A stretch of 60,207 nt of DNA, filler included, from Diploschistes diacapsis (GCA_023645945.1; 8 parts of 8 records of this genome joined end to end with filler, not necessarily neighbours in it); one strand, 5' to 3'; counted from the first letter of the whole stretch, positions 37,791-50,593 are shown. Translations and numbers: made by a program. The notes: generated by a model from the sequence alone, not told the origin.

Positions 37791-38320
37791 CATCACCTCC
37801 CTCCCCAGACTTCGACTCCCTCCTCGCCACCCTTTCTACCCATCTGCAAACCTACAAGGCCAACTTCCTCACCCAAGCCTCCCTCGCCTTCTCCCGCCTG
37901 ACGCCGCGCGGCATCCTCCGCCTCGTGATCATGGTCGGCGCCTACTGCCTGCTGCGGCCGTACCTGATCAAGCTAGGCGGCAAGTTCCAGGCGCAGGACC
38001 ACGAGCGGGCCGTGGACATGGAGGAGGCGGAGAAGTTGCGGAAGGCGGAGGGGCTGAGCGGCAGCGGGGGTCTGAATGGGAGGGTGGAGATACCGGAGGA
38101 CACGGAGAGCGAGGGGGAGGACGGCGGGGATGCGGCCGCGGTCACGGCAACGGCTGGGGCCACGACGGCGGCGACGGGGACGGGAGCGGACTGGGGCAAG
38201 AAGGCGAGGCGCAGGCAGAGGCGGGTCATGAGGCAGCTGCTCGAGGCGGACGAGAGGAGGCGGAGGGAGGAGGAGGAGGCGGCGAGCGACAAGGAGATTG
38301 AGGATCTGCTTATCGGGTGA
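37791..38320 (+). CDS. PGA2/DUF1531-like ER protein; 5' end possibly cut
   Basis: RLVIMVGAYCLLRPY transmembrane segment, GADWGKKARRRQRR, acidic C-terminus SDKEIEDLL. Confidence 0.78.
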
Positions 38321-38867
38321 GGGTTGTCCCGCGGGCGGCAAGGTTGGACCAAACACATCATTGTGAATACGACGCTGCCTGTTGTTCAGGCAAAGGCAGG
38401 GGCATCATGGCCTGGGGGCCTACCCTGGAGCATATGTGATCCCTTTAGCCTCTCATCGTTGGTACAGAAACTATCAACAACACTTACGGAAAATGTGTAT
38501 ATTCGCTATTTGCGAATGGGAGCCCTTTAAACCAGCAAAGCGACCCTCTTCGAAGAGCCCCCACCATAACTTCTAATATATAGACTACCGCCAAGCTCTT
38601 TTGCTGTTGATCGCGATAAGCCGTAGTGGTATGTAATGTATATTGGGCTGTACAGGGTCATATTAGAGAGCATTCTGGTTTTGAGATCAAAATAAGTTTG
38701 ATTTATGCACAGCGAACAAGTCTTCCCAATGTGCTCTTGCTCGTATCTCAAGTACTGTAGCCTGCAATACCTACTCATAACATCCAAAACAACAAATCAG
38801 TCTTTTGCAACAATCGGTCACACATCATGTTAGCCGGGTCCAATTTTCCCCTCGCCGCTTTCCCATC

Positions 38868-40174
38868 CTAGCGTTCGTTCTTGCCCATCACGGGCTCGTC
38901 GCCATTAACTCCATATTCGACATCCCCCGTATTTCCCTTTCCCAGCGCATTAGTCATTCCAGCCTCGAGCACGCGCGTCTTCGTGATATGCCTGTGCAAA
39001 CCCTCTTCGCCTTCCGCATGAACGGCATGCCCGCGCCCAATCTTCGCCAAGCTATCCCTCATCAAAAACTCGTAGTAGCCCGTGGCAAAGATCGTAGCTG
39101 GTATGTTCACCAGAATGGAAATCCAAGAGTAGTTCATGTAGGTAAAGGCTTCGCGTCCGAAGAAGATGGCAGCCACGATACGGCAGCCCAAATCTCTAGC
39201 AAGATTTGTGGATATGGAAATGTTGGCGAAGCCCCAAACCATGTTGGCATATGCGAGGCCTATGGTGATAGGGGCGGAGGCCGGGGAGACGAAAGGGTTG
39301 GCGGGGTCAAGGCAGGCCCAGATGATAATTCCCTAATAGCAGATGTTAGCGCGTGCCCGAGGTTCCGTCAGGATTCAAGAGCATGCGTTGAACTTACAAT
39401 AAAGCTGTCGACGAAGAACTCGATAAAGAAAAGGTACCCCATACTCTGCGTAGCTAGGGGGAATGTGCAGAAAATGAAAGCCGGGCCAGTGGCAGACACA
39501 AGGGGCTCGCCGGCGGCCGTGAGCTTGTCGGAATAGGCGGATATTTGTTGCCAATACATCCCTGCCATGAGCAGCGCCGCTATGAAAGAGCCAAAGATTT
39601 GGGAAACGATGTAGTACGGGACCTTTTTCCAGGGGAACCCCTGCCAAATGGCGAAACAGATGGTGATAGCGGGATTGAAGTGACCACCGGACGTTGGAGC
39701 GCAGGTGACGATGGCAAACATGATGCCAAGAGCAAAGGCCCAGCCGATTTGGAAGATGGAGCTGAAGGCTGTTGCGCCCAAGGGGCTAGTAGCATTGAGG
39801 ACGAAGCCGGCAACGGATGCGATGCCTGGGAAGCTATACAGGAGTTATTCGGCAAGGGACAACATAAATGAAGACCCGTAGGCATACACGTAGAAAAAGA
39901 CACCAGTAGCCTCGGCCATGCATTCTCTCAGCCATCGTGGCCTGACAGCAGATTAGCCTAGTTGCGATACGCCTTCCCGGCGCCCGAACCTAGAATGTTC
40001 AAAGTCGAGCTTTCTCTGGGAAACGGGCTTTGGAGAAACAACCGTGCGCGTGATGTGTCGTTGAACAGCATCCGTAGCTCCCAACTCCACTTCAAATTGT
40101 TAGCTACTTTTCGCAGAGAGCTTCATGCCTCACCTACGCTCGTTGGTTTGCAAACGGTGCATGTGGTTCGACAT
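38868..40174 (-). CDS. Aquaporin/aquaglyceroporin (MIP family)
   Basis: ATG 40174, four short introns; RPRWLRECMAEATGVFFYV, SGGHFNPAIT, FFIEFFVD, STNLARDLG. Confidence 0.9.
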
Positions 40175-41284
40175 CTTGGAGAGACTCTGAGTCCAACCGT
40201 GAAATTTTCGCTGGATCAGATTATCTATTGGAGATGATGATGTGGTGATTTGATTCCTGCTGAAGAACGATGAACTCCGAGGTCAATCCCGCAGCTTGAT
40301 AGTAGTATACGACTGTCTACCTCAAACCGTTGTGCAACTTCCAAGAGAATAAACTCAGAGGACGAGGAGCGTTTTGAGAAGGACGCACAACTTTCATATC
40401 TGCGCCATCACCACTCTTGAGCGCTCGGTTCCATGAATTCGCCCTCGGCATGCAGAAACGGGATTCGTCCTCGGCCGAGGCATTTGCGTCATTACTACTC
40501 CATGCCTCCTCTATTTGCATTCAAGTTGTGGTAGAGACTCATGGGTCCATTGCTGAAGGGGGTGCACGGAGTGTAATGTGGTGCGAACGACTCGGAAATG
40601 CGACCTTGCTGTGTTGGGCAGGAGAATGCGGGTTGAAACCAGCACAAGGATCTTGTGGATCTGGGTTCAAGGGTCCCGGATTGGTTGGACTTCGGCTAAC
40701 AGAACGCCAACGTAACGTCACGTCACAAATCCTCTGAACTTGCCCGGTAATTGAAATAGTTTGCGACAGGATATCGTTTCCATTTGTTGTAATACCCCCG
40801 CTGGAGCTAGAACGGCGTACGAGCGGAAAACGGCTCCCGATCAACATGCTTTGCAAGTAAATTCGACTTCGTTCAAGCAATGTGGAGAACATGAACATTC
40901 GAGACTTTCGATGGGTGGTCAATGGGAGTCTCTCGTGGTTGCGCTTTTTGGTGGGTTGCGCTGCTTGAGCTTGCGCATGGGACGACCCAACGCAGCGGTT
41001 AGCCACATGGACGGCAAGCAGAACTGACAATCGAGGCGAACACCGATCGTGAACTCCAATGCCCGACATAGGAACGAGAGCTCGTCCAGACTGGAGGTTC
41101 TGTGTAGAATGGAGATTGATCATCGCAGGCTGCCGCAACTTTCCGAGATGAAGATCCAGTAAGCATTTCTAGCAAGTGCATGTAGATATGGTACCTCAGT
41201 AGTCTGAGAAATGTTATTCTCTCCAGTCCTATTGAATTCAAAAGGTCTTATTCCCTAAATAGGTAATGCTTCCTGTGCATCAAG

Positions 41285-42999
41285 CTATTGCGAAGAGTTT
41301 GTCTTTGATGCCTCCTTTTGTTCCCCATCGACTTCTTCAATTATAATGTCCCTCATGCCTGCTATCCCCACAGAAGCTTCGACCACTCGAACTTTTTTTT
41401 CTCGCTGCTCCAGGCCAATAAATTCTGTTGGAAGAACATCTTTCTCAAAATCAAAACCCTCCGCATGGTCGAGGGCCAGCTTCACCGCTCCGGCGAATTT
41501 GGCAGGGTGCGCTGTCGCGAGCGACACGGTATGTGTTGTAGGAGGCGCGCCATCCTCCTCTGCCATTGATCGTAAGGCAGCAGCTATGCCGACCGCGGAA
41601 TGAGGGTCCAGAACGTACGACTCCAGACCCGGTACGCTCAATGGCGGCGTATAGAACGTCTTGATAGTTGCTAGCGTCTGTGGATCGGAAACGCGCGTTG
41701 AAAGAAAGGACTCTCTTGCCCCTTCGAGCACTTCTTTGGACACGGAGAAACCTCCTTTCGATTTCAGGTCAGACTGCCAGCTTTTAACCTGCTTCGCGGC
41801 GCTTTCTCGCTGGATCTTGGCATCACCATCTTGCGTAGATACTGTTAACAAATACAAGAGACGCTCAAAATTCGAGGACACCAGGATGTCCATAGCAGGA
41901 GAAAGAGTTTCCCTGACCCCCGATGGATGAGCGGCAGCTCCGTCGGAGGAAAGGCCTATGGCCGGCTCCGCATGGTCCGGGGTTTGCTTCTCGTATCTGC
42001 CAGTCTTTAGGAAGCGATCGAGAATATTGTTGTCGTTTGTGGCAATGTATAGCTTGTCAATTGGGAGCCCCATCTCTTTCGCGAAATAGCCGGCCAGTAT
42101 GTCTCCGAAGTTGCCAGTCGGCACAACAAAGCGAACCTTGGAGCTTCCAGGGTCAAAGGACGGCAGTCGAAGCAGACTAAAATAACCATGGAAGTAATAG
42201 GTAATCTGTGCAAGTATTCGAGCAAAGTTGATCGAATTCACGGCTCCTAGCTTATGTGTATTGTTAAGCTCTTCGTCCGCAAACAGTGCCTTGACCATGT
42301 CCTGACAATCATCGAAAGTACCCTTGAACGCCAGGTTATGAACGTTCGCATCAAGGACAGTTGTCATCTGTGCCTCTTGGATTGGCGACACCCGATTGTG
42401 AGGATGGAGTATGAACACCGAGACATCTCTCTTCCCTCTCAAACCATATATTGCTGCCGACCCAGTGTCTCCACTAGTGGCGCCTATCACTGTGAGATGG
42501 CTTCGACCGTCGGCTTCTTTGCCTTTGTTTTTCCTAATAAGGAAATATTCGAAGAGGTTCCCAAGGAATTGTAATGCAACATCCTTGAATGCAAACGTAG
42601 GTCCGTGGAAGAGCTCAAGGAGGTGTAGGTTTTGGGACGCATCGAGTGTGTGCAGGGGGGTAACATTGGCCTCTCGGAAGGTAGCATAGCTTCGGCGTAG
42701 CAGGTTCTTGAGGTCTTGACCTGGGACTTCGGATGGAGAGATGTACAGGCTCATGAGCTCGTAAGCCAAGTCTGCAAACTCCAAGTCCTTCCATTGCGTA
42801 GCCCAGTCTGGAGGTATACGGGGTATTGCTTCTGGAATGAATAGACCTCCGTCAGACGCAAGGCCTTTAAGGACGGCTTCTTCAAATGACAGCTAACCAA
42901 TGGTCAGCGCCTTAATCTGAGCCGAGCAGGGCGAGTGCTTGCTTCGTAAGAGCCTCCTCGAGTGCTCAGATACTTCTGAGAAGCCGATGGAGGTGCCAT
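41285..42999 (-). CDS. THR4: Threonine synthase
   Basis: ATG 42999; KYLSTRGGSYE|LSFEEAVLKGLASDGGLFIP across a 50-nt intron (42942-42893); PLP motif LELFHGPTFAFKDVA, ATSGDTGSAA, NSINFARI, VPTGNFG, ATAHPAKF. Confidence 0.96.
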
Positions 43000-43079
43000 T
43001 GGAGAGATGAAGCCAACACATCAAGGTTACTGCTCCATATTGGAGATGTAAACCAAGTTCCAGCAGTATTGCCTATATT

Positions 43080-43135
43080 CGGGTATCTTCCGGTATCTTC
43101 CGGTATCTTCCGCCATGACCCGCCATGACCCGCCG
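43080..43135. repeat. Two adjacent 10-mer tandem arrays in the THR4/U3 divergent promoter
   Basis: (GGTATCTTCC)x3 followed by (GCCATGACCC)x2. Confidence 0.85.
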
Positions 43136-43158
43136 CGCCTGCTCGCTTAGCAGCCAAT

Positions 43159-43165
43159 TGACTCA
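43159..43165. promoter_or_regulatory. Candidate Gcn4/CpcA (cross-pathway control) site
   Basis: TGACTCA 160 bp upstream of the THR4 ATG, an amino-acid biosynthesis gene. The 7-mer also occurs elsewhere in the window, so this is suggestive only. Confidence 0.5.
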
Positions 43166-43306
43166 CAACAAACTTGAAATTTTCAAATTCACACACGCAC
43201 AAAAAATCTCGAGCGGAAGAAAAAGCACGCTAAGCCCAATCGGTCAACCGCGCTAATGATCCCTATAAATTCCTGGCATTCACCGTCAGTTTTTCTTTTC
43301 TTCTTC

Positions 43307-43665
43307 ATGCGACTTTACTGTAAGTTCTTACCACCCCTTCCAGCAGTCTTTTTATTCTTTACCTCAAACCAAAGAGGCTCACTGTGAAAGACATTTGCTA
43401 ACCACTTTCCACCATACAGCTTTAGAATCATTTCTATAGTAAACGTCCTCCTCTGAGCTTCTTACCGGAGCCACAGAATTCGAAACCTGGCTGATGACTA
43501 CTATGTCCTCGGCACCCTAGAGTGAAGCCTCATGCAAAAACTCTCGCCGGTTTTCTAGCCCTTCCGGGGCGAAGGAACAAGAGAGTGGTGATGATCTCAA
43601 CCCTGTGCTGGCGTCTGGCTTCGGTCGGCTGGCCTGGGCGGGTGCCGATGGAGGTCTGACAGGTT
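43307..43665 (+). ncRNA. U3: U3 box C/D snoRNA with a spliceosomal intron (43320-43419)
   Basis: TATAAAT at 43264. Spliced 5' end GCGACTTTACT|CTTTAGAATCATTTCTATAG (GAC box, boxes A'/A); box C' TGATGA 43492; box B AGAGTGA ~43519; box C GTGATGA ~43588; box D CTGA 43656; terminal stem AACCTG/CAGGTT. Intron GTAAGT..GCTAAC..CAG. Confidence 0.93.
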
Positions 43666-44255
43666 GAACAAGAGCTTTGTTTTGGTATGGGCCAGTGTAC
43701 AACTGGGTAAGATTAACTGTCGTGAAGAGTTTGGAGAAAAGTTGAACTTGGTCTTCGGGTCTTACCTTGGCACTCCTTAAGATTGTGCATAAAGACTACA
43801 CTGCCTTAATACATCCGACTTTTATACAGTTCTTCCTGATGCTCTTGCTGTGCTTGTGTTCCAATGTCTCCATCTTTAGTGAAAGTGCCGAGCTCCTGTG
43901 ACCATCGCGCAGTACTTGTTGATGCTTGACGCTGCAGGCATGTTAAGATTTGCTCCATACCATGTGTTCCTGTCACTTACGGTTCTGCACTGGCACGCTA
44001 GTCTTTTTCGTAATGAGAGATTACTAGGCTCTACCAAGTCCCTCGGCTCTTGGTTCACAATCCGAGATATGTTTACAAAGGGCAATGGTCCACATTTGGA
44101 AAGGACCACCTCAATTGATGACATGTGTATCTTCGCTCAACGCAGCTGTGCTGTGCTTTACCAATCTACCTACCCTATAGCTATTGCTCAAACATGTAAG
44201 TATCCCCCCCACCTCCATCCAAGACCCCATCCTCCAGGCCGATGCTCCCAGAAGC

Positions 44256-45211
44256 TCAATCAGCTGAACCTACCTTCTCCTTCCCCTTTTCCCCGTCCCC
44301 GTGCCCATCCCCATGCCCATTCCCGACCAACTTCGGCCCAACACCCCTCTCCTCCAGCGGTTTCCCCTGCCCCCCATAAACGACCGGCACATCGCCGCCC
44401 AACTCCCTCTCCAGATAAACGCCGTAGCTCAGCACGGTAAACTTCCTCACCGTCTCCCGACTGAGCACCAGGCTCATCGCGCCGAACATCCAGCCCATCA
44501 CGACGGGCACGTTCACGAAGAACTTCCGGCTCAGGGTCTCCGGGTAGTACTCGGCGAACAGCTCGATGGCGGCCTTGCTGGCGGCCCTGGCGTAGCTATT
44601 CTGGCGCAGGAAGGAGACGCGGCGGTAGTCGTGGATCTGGAGCGCCTGGTGCGGGTCCGGGCCGCGGGCGTGGTCCGGGATCGGGGCGGTCGCGCGCGCG
44701 AGGCGCAGGGCGCGGAGCGAGAGCTCCATGAGGGCGACGCGCCAGCGCAGGAAGCCGGGGACGTCGGCGAAGGTGAGCCGCGGGTCCGTCACGGCGCCGT
44801 AGAGGTTGAAGGTCGCGACGGTGCCGCCTTCGCCCTCGCCCCCGCCCTCTGCTTCCGCCGCCCTTGCTGCCACCGTCGCCTGCCCGCTGCTGCCATCCCG
44901 TCCGTTCTCGATGCCGTCGGAGCGCCCCGGCTCAGGCGCGCCCCGGATCCTCACCACGTAGCCCAGCCCCCCGAACCGGTCCGCGCTAAACTCCTCCTCG
45001 AGCGTCGCGAGCGCGCGGAACTCCCGGCGCCACTTCAGCGTCCGCAGCAGCTGCGCCGCCGCCTTCTCGACGTCGTTGCCGTTGGCGCGCAGGAACTTCT
45101 GCAGGATCAGGTTCTGGTGGAAGGCCGAGGCGGCGTGGAGGTCGACGCCGTAGACTTCGCCGTGGTCGGCCTCCGTGAGGAGGGAGGGGAGTCTGGCGCG
45201 GAGGTGGGAGA
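44256..45211 (-). CDS. SFH5: Phosphatidylinositol transfer protein SFH5 (CRAL-TRIO); 5' end cut
   Basis: HGEVYGV, ILQKFLRAN, FNLYG, FLRWRVALME, QIHDY, YYPETLSRKFFVNVPVVMGWMF. Confidence 0.9.
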
Positions 45212-45405
45212 NNNNNNNNNNNNNNNNNNNNNNNNNNNNNNNNNNNNNNNNNNNNTTAATTAATTAANNNNNNNNNNNNNNNNNNNNNNNNNNNNNNNNN
45301 NNNNNNNNNNNGGGTGGAGAGGGGGACGGGAGAAGCAAATCAAGAGAGGGAAGGGGAATGGGATGGGGATGGGGATCTGGTTATAAGTTTTATGTTTGTA
45401 TTTAT

Positions 45406-45433
45406 CTACCTACCTACCTACCTACCTACCTAC
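45406..45433. repeat. (CTAC)n microsatellite
   Basis: About 7 direct CTAC units. Confidence 0.9.
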
Positions 45434-46552
45434 CGGCATTTGCCCATCTTGAGAACTCTGAGTGTGTCTTGTTACATTTCGCCATCTCGCGCTGCAGAGC
45501 AGTCTGCACGCTCATACTGCACATGGCCCCTCCGTGCGTGGGGAACCCGCATGGCGTTTTGAGGTTGGGTCTGTCGCGGTTATCGAGATGCAAGGTTGCG
45601 AGGTGAAGTGGTCGCTCCCACGGCCACGTGGAGAAATCGATCGTACGAACGGTTATCCCGCAAGGGTCCCCGGGTTCAGAGTTGACGGGGCTGCTGCTCA
45701 TTTAGGAAATCATGTTGCCCATAATCGGATGGAAAATCTATACAACGTCGTTGCGGCTTTTCGGACTAGATTGCGAACAATCACGAAAGCATCTGGAAGA
45801 CACGGGTGCTGGGTGTCTGGTACGGAGGAAGCGGCCGATGCCGTTTGAAGCGCAGTTATGGGCCACGAGACCTGGAGATTCGCAGGAAAACCAAACATTC
45901 TGCCTCGGTGCATACTGTGCCCACTCTGCTGTTGCCTTGAACCGGCGAGCCTACTGCGTGAAATTGGCCACAAGGTCGATAGTTTGACACCCCGCCAGTG
46001 TTGGCCCGTTGAAGGGCGCGTTAATCTCGTAGGGCGGTCCATTGACGAACGAATTGGTGCACGCTGTCTGTCGCTGTAGTTCAGCGCCTTTCTCATCTTC
46101 CAAAGAACACAAAAGCTTAAGAGATAAACATAGCAAGCCACCCACCCCATGTCGGATACTTGTTTCAGAAAACCCGTGTTATCCAAATACACCCTTTCGT
46201 TCCTGGCCCGGCCCTGTATCAGCACCGAATAGAAATTCCATAATCGTGGGCGTATGGGTAACTGATGTTCCAGCCGAGGCTGCTTGAGGTTGAATACAAG
46301 ATCGCCCGCCCTGGTTTCGGTTTGGCGCGGGGTGCCCTTGAGGAAGGCGGTAGGTACGGGACTGGGGGAGTTGGAGGCGAGGACGGCAATGGTTTTGCCC
46401 GTATCGAGCGTGTAAGGAAAGACGCCGAGACCGTTGAAAGTGGAGTTGATATCCGCCATTCGCGAAATGAGTATGAAGGAAGGAAATGTGTTACTTCAGG
46501 GGGCGATGGCCGGGCAGAAGAGGAACGAGAGGAGAGAGGGAAGGGAGAGCAT
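45426..46552 (-). pseudogene. Possible degenerate gene for a secreted protein, family unknown
   Basis: Signal-like MLSLPSLLVPLL at 46552 closes after 19 codons; a 249-aa ORF follows (46459-45710) with an intron-like GTGGGT..CTGAAC..TACAG inside; a further fragment lies in another frame. No motif recognised. Confidence 0.25.
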
Positions 46553-47452
46553 GGTGTGCAGAGGAAAGGTGGATTTCTCTCAATAGGATGAATGATGTGG
46601 TTGGTAGTGCACGATGGTGAGATGATGGCACGCTTTCCGAGAGGTCAGCGATTCTTGTTCTTTTATTTCAACATTGTGAATGTTTAATCGGGCCAAATGC
46701 TGCTTCAGCTACTTTAAGCCATTATTGTCCTCAGCAACGTATGTGTATGCTCACACTCAGGGATGTCAACAGAGATGCTACAACCCTGACCGGTCTGTAG
46801 ATCTATAGAGTTGAGTCCTTCATTTCCACTTATCAACTCAAGAACTGTAGCTTCAACGAGAATTCCCAATGATTGCTTCCCATGGGAAGTAGCGACTGCC
46901 GAAACATGATTCCGCCAAAGGTGTGAATCAAATGGCATATATCAACCAGTAGAAAAAGGTCATGAGATGATGAAACAGAAGAAATAGGTCAGGTTATATC
47001 AAGGTCTGTGAAGACATAAAACAGGATGACTTGAAGGAACAGCAGCGCTCAAGGTTGAAATGGCATGTGAGTCAAGAGAATGAGAACGAGAGTCTGGACC
47101 TGAGTTTGGGTTATGTTCGCCTATACGAAATAATAAGTTTTGCTGGTAGAACACTGTTGCTGTGCATCCGCTTAGATTGAAACACATTGGCAAATGCTGA
47201 GTAGAGAACAAGCGTCGTTGAATTTTCGTAGAGACTTGTAGTTTAAGCGAGTTGATGAGCGTTTCTTGGCACGAATAATCCTGTACAAATTTCATACTCC
47301 GCACTTTAGCTCGGCATATCACACCGCCTCCACCATCAAGAGTTGATCTTGGAGAAGTGCGACAATGGGCAGATAACCGGGTAGAGGGTTTTTTGTCTTG
47401 ACTTGTTCTGAACAGCATTCGATTAGCAAGCAAGCCCCAGCACGTTATCACC

Positions 47453-49195
47453 ATGGCGGACAGTTTAGAGGTACGGCAAAGCTCGGCTTGCCTGCGGGGA
47501 TGTCTGTTGGAACTATAGAGCTCACATTTACATTCAGGAGCGCTTGCGAGACCACGCTAGAGCCTTTGATGGCTTGCTCTCAATCATACCAGCTGAGCAC
47601 TACTATGGCAAAGATCCTAATGGTGTAAGGGATTTACATTCGAGACCCCGCTTGTAGGCACCCGATACTAATCTAACGGGGTTCAGGATCAATGGAAGCG
47701 GAAAAAACAGACTCCAGAGGAGAGGAGAGCTGCCAAACGGGCGAAACTAGACCCCGCAAATTCAAAGTCAGCCAAAGATGTCATGGACGAGAATGCCCGC
47801 AAAAGAAAGCGCGAGGAGGAAGGTGAGCCGTCCGGGATGGAGGACATCACAACAGAGGGTCCAAAGGAAGGTCTCAAGCGCCCAGAGGGAAGGCATAAAA
47901 AGCAGCAACAGTCCACGAAGCCAGACAGCAACCAGACGGAGCAGAAAGTTGACCTGAACGACGCCACAATTGCGATTGCGAAGGCTGAGAAGCGCCGAGA
48001 GAAGCGGAAAGTGAAGCAGGAAAGAGTCAAAACTAAGAAGGCTAAATTGGCAGAGAAGCAGAAGAGGAGAGCTCAGAAAGGCAAGGAAGGCAAGGAAGAA
48101 GACGCGCAAGTCGTTGAAGAGGGCTTATCGAACAGCGAGGAGGAAAACGAAGAAGTCGGCGACATTGACGTAGCAGGGTTAGGAGATATTGAAGAAGGGG
48201 AAGCAAAACCGGAAGAAAGTAGCGCTTCTCCCTCCAAAGATCCTTCGCCTTTCGACTATACACAGAACTTGTCCGGCACATCCTCGATATCCTCACTTCC
48301 CACGCAGAACACTGCTGTTGCGGAGAAGCCCACGGAGAAGCCCGCAGAGGAGTCCGCGGAGAAGCCAGCGGAGAAGTCTGCAAAGAGGCCCAAGCTCGAG
48401 GTCAAGATTGACCAGGAAGAGCTAAGAGCCCGTCTACAGAAGCGAATTGCGGAGCTTCGAGCCGCTAGGAAAGCAGACAACCCAGACGGAACACCAGCTA
48501 GAACCCGCTCGGAGCTGATTGAGATGCGGCGGAAGAAGGCGGAAGAAAAGAAGAAGAACAAAAAGGCCCTTCGACAACAAGCAAAGGAAGAAGAGCGACG
48601 ACAGAAGGAAGAAGCGCTAGCTCGCGGATCCCCCCTTCTCTCCCCCTCAGGGGCATCACCCGCCGGGGCACACGGGCAGTCTCCTCTCAGCGACCCGGCA
48701 AACAACTTCTCCTTTGGTCGGATAGCCTTCGACAATGGCCAGTCCATGACTGCCAACCTCGACTCCGTCCTCGACCCGCACAAATCCAAAGGTCCGCAAG
48801 ATCCCTTTACAGCGCTCCAAGCCGCCAAGAAGAAGAGTGCCCGGCTTAACGGCCTCGACGCGGAAAAGCGCGCTGACATTGAAGAGAAGGATATGTGGCT
48901 CAACGCGCGCAAGCGTGCGCAAGGAGAGCGCCCGCGTGATGATACGTCGCTGTTGAAGCAGACGCTGAAGAGGAAAGAGAAGCAGAAGAAGAAGAGCGAG
49001 AAGGAATGGAACGAGCGTATTGCAGGTGTGGCCCACGGTCAAGCCAGTAGGCAGAAGAAGAGGGAAGACAATTTGGTAAAGAGGAAGGAATCGAGGGGCG
49101 CCAAAGGGAAGGGGAGTAAGAAAGCTGGAGGGCCAAAGAAGGGGAAGAGCAAGGCGAGGCCAGGGTTTGAGGGTAGCTTCAAGGCGGGCAGATAG
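47453..49195 (+). CDS. RRP14: Ribosome biogenesis protein Rrp14/SURF6
   Basis: MADSLE|ERLRDHARAFDGLLSIIPAEHYYG..|DQWKRKKQT..KRAKLDP; ELRARLQKRIAELRAARKAD; NFSFG; DDTSLLKQTLKRKEKQKKKSEKEW; RPGFEG. Confidence 0.92.
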
Positions 49196-49844
49196 AACGA
49201 TCAGCGTTTACAGAAGAGACTGATCAAGGAACTATGCCTCCTGCTCTGATAGCGCGGACGACAGTACGAAGTGACTTGAGGATTGTAATAAGAACTGACT
49301 CTAAGCTGCGCACATCGTTTTTCTGTAGCATGTGGTGAGTAGTGAGTAGCATAATACTGAGGTATGCCGACTGCGGTTGGGTCTTGAGAGATGATATTTC
49401 CAGGACTGTTTTAGGTTCCTTTCATGCTTCAAAGGATTCAAGATCAACCTTGATTTCATTGCTTCGTAGCGTGATGGCAAAAGCTGTGTCGAGGAATTCA
49501 AAAGTCACCCGAGTTGAAGATTCTTTAGTCTCGCCCAATGTATGCTAACAGTCACCCCCTCTCCTTCCCCTTGGTACCCATCGCCTTTGCTCGAGAACAG
49601 AGAACCAACGATCATAGTACGGCTTTTCTATATTTATCACCCTATGCTTTATATTACCAGCTGCTGGGCACTCCTGGCTACGGACGATCATTACTGATAG
49701 ATTCATTCATCACCGCTAGTCAAGCTTATATACTCTCTATCTTACAGTCACACTAAGTTTGTTCGCGTACCTATTTTCTTGCAGCATCTCTGTTACGATT
49801 CCAGAATCCGACTACTGAAGGTGAAGAACAGGCCAAGGGAAAAG

Positions 49845-50593
49845 ATGGTCACGCACGAGGACGATGAAAAGCCTGCGCTTAAGAAGAGAAAGAAGACGAA
49901 GGACAAGCCCAAGGCTGATGAGGAAGCTGCAGATACAGTTGTGAATGGGGAGGTGAAGAGAATTAAGAAGAAAAAGAAGTCCAGGTCAAAGGCAGAGTCC
50001 CAGGTGGCCGAGGAGCCTCTCGAGTCGGGCACGAAGGCAACACGAGCGGAAGTAGAGACGGAGGAGACAGCGCGGGTTGAAGGAGGCAATGATGGAGACG
50101 GTAAGGTATGTTCACTTTAAAGCCTTCCATTTTTTTTTAATAAGGATATCTCTTTCCATCGTATTCAATAGCCTCTTGTACCTGCCTTGTACTCTCGACA
50201 TATGCTCCATCATCGCTCTCACCTTCCCATCTTCTTTTCGCTCTCCGGAGTGGTCCTCCTTTCCTCTCCCTCGTAACCCCTCTATACCCTAGACACCTCT
50301 CTGATGCAAACCCATAGTCTCCTTCCCTCTTCTCTTCCTCCACCGCCAAGCCGACATTCGAAACATTCGAATCACTCTACATGAAGCAAATCACCCGAGA
50401 ATTCGCAGACGACATAGACACGATACGACAGGCGCCTGATTTCCAAGGGCAAGCATCGCTCGACATTCTCATAGGGGCGCTCCAGCAGGGAGTTGAGATA
50501 TATCCACTGGAATGGAGGGAGAACGCCATGGAGGAAAGGGGTCGCAGAAGGGAGAGGGAGGAGCAGAATGTAAGAGCAGAAGGAGAAAGATGA
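49845..50593 (+). CDS. RSA3: Ribosome assembly protein Rsa3-like
   Basis: K-rich exon 1 (49845-50105), intron 50106-50317, exon 2 FESLYMKQITREFADDIDTIRQAPDF..SLDILIGALQQG. Confidence 0.75.

Noticed and set aside
43080..43135. Short repeat arrays here and at 17716 as CRISPR-like
   Set aside because: Head-to-tail 7-10-mers with no spacers, in eukaryotic DNA with no cas genes.
20099..50593. Apparent ribosome-biogenesis cluster (MAK5, TRM140, U3, RRP14, RSA3)
   Set aside because: The genes are on four unlinked contigs; only RRP14 and RSA3 are true neighbours.
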